A DNA stretch of 64,000 nucleotides from Escherichia coli (GCA_902500205.1 GCA_902500205.1_4868.1), one strand, 5' to 3'. Positions 29,564 to 40,398 are shown, numbered from the stretch's first letter. Program-made: numbers and translations. Notes: generated by a model not told the origin, from the sequence alone.

Positions 29564-32077
29564 ATGGAGAACTGGCTGGTCGCTCACGCCGTTAAAAATG
29601 CGTGGCAGCGTCCGTACCTCGATGGGGTGTTGAACATTGCGCCTTTTCGATTAACTGAAAAGACCGGAGCGATCGGGTTTTTCAAGCACGGGCGTAATCC
29701 GATTCCTTTACCGGGCGAGGGGTGGTGGCACGCGTTTGTAATTGACAAGCTCCACCTCAACTACGGCAACTTGAGCATCCCTCCTGAGCGCTGGAAGAAA
29801 CTTACTACGTGTGTAAATAACTTCCATGCGTGGATGCAGGTGTACAACGAAGATGGGACAATTATCCCGTCGAACTCTGTGTATTTCTGGCGGACACTCT
29901 CTGGTCAGATTTACATGGCGATTCCGCAAACGGAACGCTACAAGTGGTTAGACGACACACCATGTTATCTACGCATTTATGCCGGTAATGATGGCGGCGA
30001 AAACGCTCCTGTTGTTAAACCGACATTCATCGAACCGTATAATCCGCCGAACCCACAACAGATCCAGATCGTCTTAGACCGTTATAATCTGTTGAAAGGC
30101 CAGAAAATCGGCTATGTCGATTTCTGGGTAAACGGAAAGATGATTGCTAATCCTAAGCCCGCGGATATCAAAGCATGGGATGATGTTGAAATTCGTGTCG
30201 ATGGGCGTATTCGTCGTGTGATTGAATACCGTTGTGGGGATTTGCAAACGTTCTACTCAACGCTTGACCAAACACGAAAATACCTGCTGCACATTCCAAA
30301 AGGGGATGGCATTTGGATTTTCAACAACGACTGTGAAATTCAGTTGTTGTGGAAAGGCGAAGGGCGTTACTACCACCGCCACCGTCATCAGGCCGTGCGT
30401 CAATTGACGTGGAACGATATATCGATTCCGTCGATGCGGATTTCGAAATACCGCACCGCTTTCACTAACCCAATGAATGATATCGACGAACTAACGATTC
30501 GTTTATTGATACGCGACGATTTCCTTGACCTGAAGCCGCTGTATAACTCCACCCACACACATGACCTCTATCGTCTTAGCGACGAGCAGATCATCGGTGC
30601 GATGGTGGGGGCAAACTCCAACGTACCAGAGTGGACCGCAGCAGCGCTCGAGGAATCGGCAGCGAATCGGTTAGCGGCAGCCAAACTCCGGAACATCACA
30701 CGCGATCTCTGCACTGATGCGTACGGCTACAATGCCGCCGCACGTTACAGTGCCGACACTCCACAGCGTCTGGAACTTACATCCGGTGGCTATCGCGGTA
30801 CTTTGCCCGACTTACTGGCAACGCTGTCAACTGTATACGAGTACGATGCCGATGGGTTGCTGTTAGAACATCACCGTAATGCAGGCTACGATGTTTACAT
30901 CCCTCGCAATCCAGAAGCACGAATCATCGAGGCTATTGCGGGTGAAGTCTCGGATGCGGTGAAGATTGTTGACAACGCTCCCGACTTTGAAATTGAGCCG
31001 GGTTCAAACGTTGGGTTGTGGATTCGAATGGTCATCGGGGAAGTTCCAACCAACGACTACTACAAAGCCGAGGAAGGAACGGATTATACTCGCGACGGAA
31101 ATAAAATCACCTGGACCGTAGATCGGACACGACGTCACCCGACAGTGATTTACGACGACTTCCATCTGTTCTTCGAAGTGGATGTTAAGGTGTCGGAAGG
31201 TCAGATACGTATTCCGATTGTAGCACGCAACCAAGACGGGCAGCAGCGCACGCTGTGGCTACCGATGGAAACGGTTGAAGTGTGGTTGAACAACCACCCA
31301 CTGGTGCACGGTATCGATTACCACACCCGCTGGCCGGAAATTGTGGTGGTTTGTAAAGCGTGGATGGCGGACGGGGATACAAATAAAGTCTCAGTGCGTT
31401 GTCGTGGCGTGACCGGTGAACTCCGTATTCCTAAACATGGTTTCGTGTCAAACGGACTGCTGTCTAATAACAGCCAGTTTGATTGCCGTGACGACAAAGT
31501 GATTCGTGTCGTGGGCGGCGGTTCACTGCTATTGCGTGACGAAGTCGTGTTCCGTGAAGACAACACTGTAGGTGTTGACATCGTGCAAGACGGGTTCCCA
31601 TACTCGGTCGACGATCCGACTATTCCGTTGCGGACGCTGGTAAGCGGCGATACGTACGACTTGCGCGACACTGCCCGTGATTTGGACACACGCGTCGAGG
31701 CTTACCTGTCTAACTGGTTCCCGACACCTCCGCCGGTTAACCCGGTACCGTTGCCGTATCTGTATCACCTCTATTCGCCAACCCTGAACAAAATCTTGTG
31801 GGACTACTTGCAAGGTATTCTGATTCTGCGGGAAGACGATCCGGAGTATCGTATCTCGACGTCACAGCTGGATGACATCATGGAGCGTTATAAAGACCTC
31901 CTGCCGTTTGACCCGGCCTATATCGGTTACGATAAAGCGTTTGTGAAACTGCATCCGCATGTGAAGTACGAAACGGTAGAAATCAACGAACTTGGCTTTG
32001 CTTTCTTAGACCGCGTCAATGAACGTTATCTGAATGGCGAAGTGCAGCTTAATCAGTATCTGATAATCAAGGGTTAA
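29564..32077 (+). CDS. hypothetical protein (837 aa), probably structural
   Basis: ATG with AAGAGG upstream; long ORF. Confidence 0.8.
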   Translation: MENWLVAHAVKNAWQRPYLDGVLNIAPFRLTEKTGAIGFFKHGRNPIPLPGEGWWHAFVIDKLHLNYGNLSIPPERWKKLTTCVNNFHAWMQVYNEDGTIIPSNSVYFWRTLSGQIYMAIPQTERYKWLDDTPCYLRIYAGNDGGENAPVVKPTFIEPYNPPNPQQIQIVLDRYNLLKGQKIGYVDFWVNGKMIANPKPADIKAWDDVEIRVDGRIRRVIEYRCGDLQTFYSTLDQTRKYLLHIPKGDGIWIFNNDCEIQLLWKGEGRYYHRHRHQAVRQLTWNDISIPSMRISKYRTAFTNPMNDIDELTIRLLIRDDFLDLKPLYNSTHTHDLYRLSDEQIIGAMVGANSNVPEWTAAALEESAANRLAAAKLRNITRDLCTDAYGYNAAARYSADTPQRLELTSGGYRGTLPDLLATLSTVYEYDADGLLLEHHRNAGYDVYIPRNPEARIIEAIAGEVSDAVKIVDNAPDFEIEPGSNVGLWIRMVIGEVPTNDYYKAEEGTDYTRDGNKITWTVDRTRRHPTVIYDDFHLFFEVDVKVSEGQIRIPIVARNQDGQQRTLWLPMETVEVWLNNHPLVHGIDYHTRWPEIVVVCKAWMADGDTNKVSVRCRGVTGELRIPKHGFVSNGLLSNNSQFDCRDDKVIRVVGGGSLLLRDEVVFREDNTVGVDIVQDGFPYSVDDPTIPLRTLVSGDTYDLRDTARDLDTRVEAYLSNWFPTPPPVNPVPLPYLYHLYSPTLNKILWDYLQGILILREDDPEYRISTSQLDDIMERYKDLLPFDPAYIGYDKAFVKLHPHVKYETVEINELGFAFLDRVNERYLNGEVQLNQYLIIKG

Positions 32078-32079
32078 TC

Positions 32080-33723
32080 ATGGCGAAGATTGCGTCCAAA
32101 TTAATCGACAAGGATCGCGGGTTCGAAGTCTGGGACCCGAGTGAATTGTACGAACCAAACAAACCAACAGGTTACGTACCTAACCCACGCGACCTCATCG
32201 TGAACGACATGACCTCCGGTTTTGACCGTGTGGTTAGCGTAAACTATTCGGTACCGTCGTGGGAAACAGAACCGTTCGGTGGCGTTGGTGTGGCAAACCA
32301 AGACGGGCGTCTTAATGGTCACTACCCACTACGCTCTGACAGATATCGCGTCTACGTGGACAGCACCAAACTTCCACCGACGATGGTTATCGATGATGCC
32401 GTCACTTTCAACGGTCCCGATATCGACGGTGTGCGTATCTTGCGTGGCTCATCTGTAAACGATGATGCGGAAATCCTGTCTGGTTATTACAAAGACGGGG
32501 TTCTGAAAAAGAACTATCTGCCGGTGCAGACTATCAGTGCGGCTGACGCAGAAACCGTGGTGAAGCAAGCGATTCCTGGGAGCTGCCTGGCCGAAGTCAG
32601 TAACGGCGAAGAGTGTACCTTCCTGGTCTACTCCGACGTCGGTAACGTTGTTCAGATCGCTCACGGTCACATCATCAAGACCAATCTGGTGATGGCGCAA
32701 GAGACTCCGTCTCGCACTGTGCTAGGTATTAAACTGGTTTCTCCGTTCCTGGTAGACGACAACGGTACTACGCTGACGCTGCCGATTAACATCCCGCTGG
32801 AATCTATTCCGCTGTGGTGTGACATCCAGTACAGCGACGGAACCAAACGCCTACCTATTGATGGCTCGCGTGTGAAGTTTAACGGTCTGCGCAACTCTGG
32901 TGCTCACGACACATTCTACATTGCGTCAAACGCCGGTAATGAGTTACCTTGCCAGTTAAGCTATCAGCTGGCCCGTGGTGAAACCTACGGTGGTACTGAC
33001 ATTGTTAAAGATACAATTGTCAAAGACTACACCGCTGTAACCGAAACAGTCGATGGTGCTTATTCCATGAAGCTGTTTGTGGTTCCGCGTTGGTTGGATG
33101 CGAACCGTGGTTATCGTCTGTCGTTCCTGCTGTACAACCTGACACGCGGCCAAGTCTACGACGCGACCGCAAACATCCAGTACACCACAGGGACTACTTT
33201 CGACCCACTATTGATGGGTGTGAAACAGCGTCTGAACGTGCAGGTGGATATCAGCAAAGTAAATCCACAATTCCGCGCATTCATCCAGGCGCAGTCTTTC
33301 GCCATCACGTTAGTGAACCCAGGTAACGAGTTGAATACCAACTTCCTTATCGAATACCTGCCAGATGGGCTGGTCTACGGTAATGAAATTTGGGCGGAGT
33401 TCAAATACTCTAACGTCAACTACTCCACGCTGAACCTTCGTTGTGGTTGTGCCTCTAAAGCCGAGTGGCTTAAAGCGTTGTACGAGCCGATTTATCCGCT
33501 CTACGATCGTCGTAATGAATCTGAGGCTCCCGAGCCTACACACTTTGAGGTGCATGTCGGTGGTAAGGTTTACACCCACAGCATCGATGAGTGGTTAAAT
33601 GAGCAAACGGTAGATTATCGTATCGCTCTGGACGATTCGTTAGTTATTCGCTGGATTCGTCGCACTCCTACGGATACGCTTAACCTCGCGGCTACGCCAA
33701 TGCTGGCGCACCACATCGAGTAA
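32080..33723 (+). CDS. hypothetical protein (547 aa)
   Basis: ATG 2 nt after upstream stop. Confidence 0.8.
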   Translation: MAKIASKLIDKDRGFEVWDPSELYEPNKPTGYVPNPRDLIVNDMTSGFDRVVSVNYSVPSWETEPFGGVGVANQDGRLNGHYPLRSDRYRVYVDSTKLPPTMVIDDAVTFNGPDIDGVRILRGSSVNDDAEILSGYYKDGVLKKNYLPVQTISAADAETVVKQAIPGSCLAEVSNGEECTFLVYSDVGNVVQIAHGHIIKTNLVMAQETPSRTVLGIKLVSPFLVDDNGTTLTLPINIPLESIPLWCDIQYSDGTKRLPIDGSRVKFNGLRNSGAHDTFYIASNAGNELPCQLSYQLARGETYGGTDIVKDTIVKDYTAVTETVDGAYSMKLFVVPRWLDANRGYRLSFLLYNLTRGQVYDATANIQYTTGTTFDPLLMGVKQRLNVQVDISKVNPQFRAFIQAQSFAITLVNPGNELNTNFLIEYLPDGLVYGNEIWAEFKYSNVNYSTLNLRCGCASKAEWLKALYEPIYPLYDRRNESEAPEPTHFEVHVGGKVYTHSIDEWLNEQTVDYRIALDDSLVIRWIRRTPTDTLNLAATPMLAHHIE

Positions 33724-33731
33724 CAAACCTT

Positions 33732-33755
33732 CCTCCACCCCTTCGGGGGTGGAGG
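33732..33755 (+). promoter_or_regulatory. perfect 10-bp stem-loop (CCTCCACCCC-TTCG-GGGGTGGAGG) overlapping the Shine-Dalgarno region of the terminase gene
   Basis: 3-prime arm contains GGAGG positioned 12 nt before terminase ATG; no T-run. Confidence 0.45.
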
Positions 33756-33767
33756 TATGGAGATTGT

Positions 33768-35879
33768 ATGATACTGCGAAAAAACGATTGGCGGCACTAT
33801 CCGGGGGCGATTGTTGACGATGTCACGCCAAACGTGCACTTCCTTCAATTCGCCACAACACTACAGGGATTAGGTGTCCAGCACTGGTACGTACACCTGG
33901 CGTTACACAATCCTGAGCTACGTGGTGTTGATCCATTCAGTCCGGATTTAACGCTCGAACAAAAAGCGATGATTGTTACGGAGTGCGCGGAAAACCCATG
34001 GTACTTCTTCCGTGAATGTGTCCGTGTCCCTGCGGATGGTGTAAAAAACGGGATGCCGTTTCGTCTAGACCGCGGTAACTTTTCGATGTACTGGATTTTC
34101 TTCAACAACATCGACGCCGCTATCGAGTTTCTCCGTCAGCATGGTAAAACTGTCGGGATGTCCGCACTGCTATTATGGCTGATGCGCTTCCTGGAGAACT
34201 CACGTACGATTCTTATCACGAAGGGTCCTGCCCTGCGTGAAGAAACTATCAACAAGATGAAGCAACTGCGTAACGCGTTACCGGATTACCTCTGGCCTCA
34301 TCATCCGGACGATCCTGATAACCGTGAGACATTTGCTTGTCTAGCACAGGGTAACAAACTTATCACCGGCATCGGCCAGAACGATAAGGAAGCCGCGAAC
34401 GGGGTAGGCCGTGGACTCACAGCCGGACGCCTGTTCTCGGACGAAGGACCGTTTACCAACAACATCCACCATATCCTCCCTGCTGCACTAGCATCGGGTA
34501 CCGCGGCGCGTCGTATTAACGAAGCCGAAGGTGTTCCATACGGCAACGTCTTCGCAACAACGCCTGGGGATTTGGCGACAGAAGAAGGCGAGTACATGTA
34601 CAGCCTGATGACGTCGGGGATTTCGTGGGATGAACGGTATATCGACATTCCGACTCGTGCACAACTGATTGACATGATTCGCAAAGGCTCTACTGCGAAG
34701 ATTCCACGTATCATGTTCTACGTGAAATACAACCACCGCCAACTCGGTACCACGGACGAAGAACTCGCAGATATGATTGCGAACGCCCCAGGTACACTAG
34801 ACCAAATCCGCCGTGACTTCGGTGGTGAATGGACAACCGGTGGTTACAACAAACCGTTCTCAGGCGATGATGCAAGACGTATGAACGCCTCGCGTATTCG
34901 TGCGGCGCAGAAAATTATTTCTGCTTCCAACTACGTAACGGATTGGTATTACACTGAAGAACAGATGCTGGTTAAAATGCAAGACCGCCACATCATCGGT
35001 TTGGATACTTCCGAAGCCGTTGGACGTGACGCCATTGCCATGTCAATCGTCAACTCTGTCACTGCCGAATATGCCGGCAAGCTCACCGTGAACGAAACAA
35101 ACGTCATCGGGTTTGCGATTCACTTAGCAGACTTCATGATCGAATATCCGAACACGGTACTCATTCTGGAACGACGGTCTACCGGCTCCTCGGTAGCAGA
35201 TGCCATTATACTGCAGCTGCAATCTAAGGTTCGCGATTTGCATCGTCGTTTGTACGTGAAAGTGACCCAGGATTACTCAAGGAACGATGAACTTTACAAA
35301 GAGTTCCATCGTGGCCCTGTGGGCAGTCCAGAGCGCTTCTGGGACAAATTCCGTAAATACATCGGTTTCTCAACCGACCAGGATAAACGCCGTAAGTTGT
35401 ATGGTGAAGTATTTACCACGGCGTTGCGTCTTTCTGCGGACTTACTGCGGTCAGGCGAATTGATCGACCAAATCCTCGGTCTCGTCGAACGAAACGGGCG
35501 CATAGACCACCGTGCATCCGGTCACGATGACCTGGTAATATCCTGGCTTCTGGCAATGTGGTTACTTCTGTTCGGCAACAACTTAGGCCACTACGGTATA
35601 AGTAACAGCCGACTGATGATGCGCAACCGCAATATGCTCGGGGGCATGGCAGGTGAATTCGATGAAGAGGCTGCAGTCGAGGAAGAAGAAAAGCAACAAC
35701 AACTGATGGGGCAAATTGAAACGATGATTAGACAGAGTCAAGTTGTAGCCGACCCGGTACAACAGCTCATGTACAAGAATCGTATTCAAGCGCTCGTCTC
35801 TCAACTCAACACTGACGTTCGTAACGTCGCATCGATGGAAAGCTTGAAAGAGCTAATCCAACGACAGAGGATGAAGTGA
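33768..35879 (+). CDS. terL: terminase large subunit (703 aa)
   Basis: Walker A-like LRQHGKT resembling T4 gp17 SRQLGKT; C-terminal nuclease-like IIGLDTSEAVGRD and HDD. Confidence 0.7.
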   Translation: MILRKNDWRHYPGAIVDDVTPNVHFLQFATTLQGLGVQHWYVHLALHNPELRGVDPFSPDLTLEQKAMIVTECAENPWYFFRECVRVPADGVKNGMPFRLDRGNFSMYWIFFNNIDAAIEFLRQHGKTVGMSALLLWLMRFLENSRTILITKGPALREETINKMKQLRNALPDYLWPHHPDDPDNRETFACLAQGNKLITGIGQNDKEAANGVGRGLTAGRLFSDEGPFTNNIHHILPAALASGTAARRINEAEGVPYGNVFATTPGDLATEEGEYMYSLMTSGISWDERYIDIPTRAQLIDMIRKGSTAKIPRIMFYVKYNHRQLGTTDEELADMIANAPGTLDQIRRDFGGEWTTGGYNKPFSGDDARRMNASRIRAAQKIISASNYVTDWYYTEEQMLVKMQDRHIIGLDTSEAVGRDAIAMSIVNSVTAEYAGKLTVNETNVIGFAIHLADFMIEYPNTVLILERRSTGSSVADAIILQLQSKVRDLHRRLYVKVTQDYSRNDELYKEFHRGPVGSPERFWDKFRKYIGFSTDQDKRRKLYGEVFTTALRLSADLLRSGELIDQILGLVERNGRIDHRASGHDDLVISWLLAMWLLLFGNNLGHYGISNSRLMMRNRNMLGGMAGEFDEEAAVEEEEKQQQLMGQIETMIRQSQVVADPVQQLMYKNRIQALVSQLNTDVRNVASMESLKELIQRQRMK

Positions 35880-36118
35880 TGACTCAACTCTACTATGCAA
35901 TCGTGATGGTAATGTGGATTTGCCTGTACTTTGGCTTACGCCACACCATCGAAGTAATACGCATCCACGCACAAAGCCACGATGTCTGCACACGCACAAT
36001 GCGGCTCGGACAGATCACCTGTAGCTTTGGCGTATTGCTTATCGGTGGACTATCGACCGCGGGGCTACACGTTGTGTATACCCTACATCAAGTTGCCGTA
36101 TCGGGAGCACTCGCCTGA
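35879..36118 (+). CDS. small membrane protein (about 79 aa, two hydrophobic helices)
   Basis: ATG overlapping terminase stop; hydrophobic segments YYAIVMVMWICLYFGL and VLLIGGLSTAGLHVVY. Confidence 0.5.
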   Translation: MTQLYYAIVMVMWICLYFGLRHTIEVIRIHAQSHDVCTRTMRLGQITCSFGVLLIGGLSTAGLHVVYTLHQVAVSGALA

Positions 36119-36146
36119 ATCAACTTTAACTCGAAAAAATACGACG

Positions 36147-36190
36147 TAGCCACCTCTCCGAAACTGGAGAGGTGGCATTTTATTTTATTT
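36147..36190. terminator. bidirectional intrinsic terminator
   Basis: Hairpin GCCACCTCTCC-GAAAC-TGGAGAGGTGGC with T-run downstream and A-run upstream. Confidence 0.65.
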
Positions 36191-37561
36191 CTGCAAAGAG
36201 CGGATCAAGAAGTACAACAACAACGCATTACGCAAAGCGGCCAATGCGGCTTCATGGCGGATATGTGTTTCTCGTGCAGCCAGTTTCTCAATCCGTTCAC
36301 GCAACGATAACACGTATGGGTTAGGGGACTTCGAAGCCTGGTACAACGAACGCATACGCAGTAGAACCGTACTCGCATCGTTAAAGTTCAGACGAGAAGT
36401 AACAATTTCGTCGAACGCGTGCGATAGCGTGTCCTCCATGATAGCGTTAATCTCATCACGCTTTTTGCCAAGTGGTAGACTTGCAATATACGCCAGCAAA
36501 GTTTTCAGTGCCGCGGGAGATGCTTTGGGTACTAGCTCCAACACCACTTTTGCTAATTGCTCTTTGTAAAGATTGTTGATATCGTAAGACGCATCAAACA
36601 GATTCTGCTTAGCGATATCCAGTGCACCCACTTTGTCACGGATAATCGACTCGCCATCTAACTCAATTCGGGTTGACTGCGTAATCACACGACTGTTATC
36701 ACGACGCACTTTGTCAAGCACCGCGTAATAGTCCTTCACGGTTTGTTTGGTACGGGTGTTCAGGTCGGTGATAAAACGCAATACCAGGTCTGGCGTATCA
36801 AAACGTTTAACCGCGTCGTAGTTTGGGTACTCCGGAGAACAGAAGTATTCTGAACGCTCCTGCATGTGCAGACCCCAGTTGCCTAAACGACGGATATCGA
36901 ACTTTAACGACAACATCGAGTATGCGGCGTCGGCGGCGGCCATATCGACCGGCTTGGGGAAGAAGTGATAATATATACTGGAGTAGAATTTGAATTGCAG
37001 AAGCGTTACTAACGATACCGCCGCGGCGTGGATTTCACGATCGGCGAATTTCGGCATCATTCGATGTAGAGTATACACCGTAGAGAGGTTATACGGATCA
37101 CCCGCCACTGCCCAGTCGGTGTTAATCGTACCCGATTCTTTAATCATCTCGAACAGATAATCTTCATCCACTTTCAAGACATCTTCAAAAAAGCGGTTAC
37201 GGTCAGAATCGTAGAAACGAATGGTGTGGACGCCTAATAGATTAGACCCTAGCCACTCCACATTGCCTTCACGTTTAAGAATGTTATCCACGTGAAGTTG
37301 AATTTGCTTTGCAAAACGACGATCGATAACGACGTGTTTAAAACATTCGTCAAACACTTTACGTAATCGGTCATTCTTCATGGCTTCTGCAGCAACTACC
37401 AGCCCCATCGGAACGTAGCCGCCAAAACCGTAGTCGTAATACAAGCCCGTAGAATACGTGTCATCGTCGAAGAATGGGTCACGTCCGAATGATTCGACGG
37501 CAACCTTCACTCCGGTATCACGATAACAACCGGCACTGAAATCATAAACCAATTCAGACAT
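36185..37561 (-). CDS. hypothetical protein (458 aa)
   Basis: ATG with AGAGG upstream on minus strand. Confidence 0.8.
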   Translation of the reverse strand: MSELVYDFSAGCYRDTGVKVAVESFGRDPFFDDDTYSTGLYYDYGFGGYVPMGLVVAAEAMKNDRLRKVFDECFKHVVIDRRFAKQIQLHVDNILKREGNVEWLGSNLLGVHTIRFYDSDRNRFFEDVLKVDEDYLFEMIKESGTINTDWAVAGDPYNLSTVYTLHRMMPKFADREIHAAAVSLVTLLQFKFYSSIYYHFFPKPVDMAAADAAYSMLSLKFDIRRLGNWGLHMQERSEYFCSPEYPNYDAVKRFDTPDLVLRFITDLNTRTKQTVKDYYAVLDKVRRDNSRVITQSTRIELDGESIIRDKVGALDIAKQNLFDASYDINNLYKEQLAKVVLELVPKASPAALKTLLAYIASLPLGKKRDEINAIMEDTLSHAFDEIVTSRLNFNDASTVLLRMRSLYQASKSPNPYVLSLRERIEKLAARETHIRHEAALAALRNALLLYFLIRSLQK

Positions 37562-37584
37562 GGCGCTAAACCTCTAAAAATTTA

Positions 37585-37615
37585 CGGATATATGTTATCA
37601 TACTGAGAGTATACC
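37585..37615 (+). promoter_or_regulatory. promoter-like motif (weaker family member) GGATATATGTTATCATACTGAGAG
   Basis: Resembles the GATATTAtCT..GTGA family; lies in a divergent intergenic region. Confidence 0.3.
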
Positions 37616-37633
37616 TGAAGGAGATTTTACCCA

Positions 37634-38767
37634 ATGATGAACTATGAACGTAAGCACGCGTGGCAAGAAAAGCTACGCACGGGACAGATACATTCTGCCC
37701 AACAAGTGAAGATGTGGGTGCTGCCGCACGGCGTCATCTGCGAAATGGTCCAGGTCGGAGGATTACCTATTCTTCGAAATGGTAAATACGATTCGATGAA
37801 CACGGTACTCGCGCGCTTGCTGGCCGATGCAGGCATAATGGGTACCGTGATTTTATATTCAACCGCAACGATTCCCCAGAATCTTTCTCGCTGGTTAACG
37901 CATTGGCTTTCCAATGACCCTGGCGAGGACGATCCGTGGCTACGTTCGATGACAGTGACAACAATGGGTCAACGGCCGACGAAACCCCTCCCATTCCAGG
38001 TCAATGTAATTGAACCAGCTATTCTGGAAGCGGGTGAAGTGTTTGAAGCAATCAAACATCGATCTCGCGATGTTAGCATCAGTCAGTTTCTTATCGAAGC
38101 GAATGATGTGACTTACCGGCTGGAACCTGTACGACGTATGGACGCTCGTATCGTCGACTGCACAGAGTTCGGTTATGTCTTGCGTACACAGGGCAACCAT
38201 ACCTTCCTGGCATCGATGCTCTCTCGCCGCGTGCAGGGACAGTTAGCACACTACAAAGTGTCCCCTGCTGACCTCGTCGGTACCGACGTTAAGGTCGAAT
38301 ACACAATGTTTACCGAAGGGAATCGACTGTGTAATTTTAAGTCTCCGGTAGTCTATCGGAGTAAGGCACTTGATGCCTTAGGCGACCAGAATGTCCCGAC
38401 ATACGATGGCCCCTATCCGTTTAAATCGCAAGCATCTGCAAACCGTGCGCTCCTTACGGTAACTCGGTGTAAACGCGCAGCGATCACACTGACCGACGGG
38501 GAAATTTATGGTAAGGACACTGAGTCTGACGCAAAACTCTTTTCGTTCCGGCGTGGTGTGAAACCTGGATTGTATGCCGCGACGTTTGAAAAGGGGGATG
38601 ACGTCGAGTTCTGGCAGTTCGACAGCGATTTCGCAGTAGATGCGATTGACCCAGATGCGTTAGTGAGTGTCATCACAGACCAAATCTTTTACGCGACGGG
38701 TATGAACCTGCTGGAAATCTTTTTAATGTACGATGCCAGATTACCTTCACAGTCAGTCAAAACGTAA
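37634..38767 (+). CDS. hypothetical protein (377 aa)
   Basis: ATG with AAGGAG upstream. Confidence 0.75.
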   Translation: MMNYERKHAWQEKLRTGQIHSAQQVKMWVLPHGVICEMVQVGGLPILRNGKYDSMNTVLARLLADAGIMGTVILYSTATIPQNLSRWLTHWLSNDPGEDDPWLRSMTVTTMGQRPTKPLPFQVNVIEPAILEAGEVFEAIKHRSRDVSISQFLIEANDVTYRLEPVRRMDARIVDCTEFGYVLRTQGNHTFLASMLSRRVQGQLAHYKVSPADLVGTDVKVEYTMFTEGNRLCNFKSPVVYRSKALDALGDQNVPTYDGPYPFKSQASANRALLTVTRCKRAAITLTDGEIYGKDTESDAKLFSFRRGVKPGLYAATFEKGDDVEFWQFDSDFAVDAIDPDALVSVITDQIFYATGMNLLEIFLMYDARLPSQSVKT

Positions 38768-38777
38768 GGAGCCTCCT

Positions 38778-39287
38778 ATGTTTACTGCGCCAACCATGCG
38801 GGTGGAGCAAGGTCTTAACCTGGTGGTACACGACCAGCGGTTAATCGACCTCTGCGACACAAGCATAATTACTGCGATGATGGACCATAACCCTTTAGGT
38901 GACTACGGAAATACCAGCGAGATTTTGGCTGTTGCTGCCGTCCTCCGTCGTATTTACGGTCAAATAACCATCGTAGATCTCTGTAACTTCATTGACAACC
39001 ACAGAGATTTAACTAAAGGGTTGGTCGCACTTACTCAAGATGGGGTGTCAAGTTTTGACAGTTCTCTTGGTAATTTCCTAGACATCGGTTCCGGGTTCGA
39101 CTCCGGGCTAATGTTCATCACTCGTGAACGCTACGTCGCCGTCTGGGAATTTCTGCAACGCATGGGTGTGCATGTTCCTGCAAAGATCATGCATTACCAA
39201 ACTTACGACCTGAATATTTTCGGGGAGCCAGGGTTATGGATAAAACCAGTACACCTTGGCCTTGATGGCTACACCATCAAGTGTTAA
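38778..39287 (+). CDS. hypothetical protein (about 169 aa)
   Basis: ORF 38733..39287; ATG at 38778 has AGGAG upstream. Confidence 0.65.
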   Translation: MFTAPTMRVEQGLNLVVHDQRLIDLCDTSIITAMMDHNPLGDYGNTSEILAVAAVLRRIYGQITIVDLCNFIDNHRDLTKGLVALTQDGVSSFDSSLGNFLDIGSGFDSGLMFITRERYVAVWEFLQRMGVHVPAKIMHYQTYDLNIFGEPGLWIKPVHLGLDGYTIKC

Positions 39288-39292
39288 GTCAC

Positions 39293-39345
39293 TAGGCGTA
39301 CTCTCTTCGGGGAGTACGCCAATCTTATTTTTTTTATTTTTTTGG
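39293..39345 (+). terminator. intrinsic terminator
   Basis: Hairpin GGCGTACTC-TCTTCGG-GGAGTACGCC followed by TTATTTTTTTTATTTTTTTGG. Confidence 0.7.
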
Positions 39346-39770
39346 TTACTTTTTAACCAACCGGTTAAAGGGGTCTGGGAAGCATCAGAAAACGATTAGG
39401 TGGTATCGACGTAGGGTAGCTCGTTTTTGGCAGTTTATCGTTTTCTAGGGTCTGTTACGTGCGTTTTAGAGGGGGTTATGTATCGAGACAGAGAATTTAT
39501 TTTTGTCGGGGCGAGGAAATTCAGGGAATGGGGATTCAGGATTGTATGTTTTTTAACCAGTTATTAAAAACGCTCTAGAAAGCGCTAGAACGAGATTTAA
39601 CTCAGACCCAGTACACTTGGGTTCCCTATACCGGAAAATCGCGCCAGCGGGCCGCTGAGAGCGCGAGAGAGCCATTCCCGTTTCGGTTCCGAGGTGACGG
39701 TCGCGGCCGGCGACGACGATCACACGTTGGGTAGCACTTCGTGCCATGTCTGGGTGAAAACTGGATCGTT

Positions 39771-39796
39771 CTGTAACCGACACACACTGTCGGTTA
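39771..39796. other. perfect 10-bp stem-loop GTAACCGACA-CACAC-TGTCGGTTAC in ORF-free region
   Basis: Read directly; no T-run downstream. Confidence 0.4.
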
Positions 39797-39905
39797 CTTA
39801 CGAGTTCTTTGGGTTGTTTAATTCACTCTAAAATCCCCCTTAGGGGATAATTTAATCTAATTCTCAAAATTTCTTTTTAAAACAATCACTTAGATTGTTT
39901 TTTAG

Positions 39906-40150
39906 ATTGATCCTGTGGATCGGGTCGAAGACCCTTTCCTTATACGCGTGCGCGTGCGCGCACCCGTATCCTCCAGGATCTTTTAAAATATATAATAATA
40001 TTAAATATAATAATACCTTTAGGTATTATATTTAATTATTATAATTATTTATATAAATAAATATATTAATATATTAAGATCTTAAAACGCGTGCGGGCGC
40101 GCGCGTGATCCTTATTAAGAGATCGTGATCGGACGGAAGACCGAGATCGG
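39906..40150. other. origin-like dyad element: AT-rich core flanked by alternating-GC boxes and 8 GATC sites
   Basis: ACGCGTGCGCGTGCGCGCAC (39944-39963) and CGCGTGCGGGCGCGCGCGTG (40088-40107) flank a 96-bp core of about 95% AT with dyad centre near 40019; 8 GATC in 240 bp. Confidence 0.45.
39981..40076. repeat. AT-rich low-complexity core (ATA/TAA repeats) with central inverted repeat
   Basis: Arms ATAATACC / GGTATTAT around TTTA centre; bounded by GATCTTTTAAAA and AAGATCTTAAAA. Confidence 0.6.
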
Positions 40151-40280
40151 GTACCCTGTGTATTTTTTACGTGGTTTCCCTATCGTGTGTTCAGACCACC
40201 ACTCGATGTCCAAAAACCCATAGCTTCGGTGGTCGCCTCCCTGGTCGGTAGACTCTGACAAGTCGACCCACACCACCAAC

Positions 40281-40303
40281 CCGTCCGGGGACGGATTTTT
40301 ATT
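40281..40303 (+). terminator. terminator-like hairpin plus T-run inside ORF-free region
   Basis: CCGTCCGGGGACGG followed by ATTTTTATT. Confidence 0.35.
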
Positions 40304-40358
40304 CCAACGACAAGCTCCACGAAAATCCCCGCAGAGGGACTCACTGCTGTGTGACTCA

Positions 40359-40398
40359 CCGGCTCCTGGACGCCTACGCCTCGAGCCGGTAATTTTTT
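40359..40398 (+). terminator. terminator-like hairpin plus T-run inside ORF-free region
   Basis: CCGGCTC...GAGCCGG stem followed by TAATTTTTT. Confidence 0.4.

Noticed and set aside
39981-40076. Possible CRISPR array or tandem repeat in the AT-rich core
   Set aside because: No regular repeat-spacer periodicity; it is low-complexity AT sequence with dyad symmetry.
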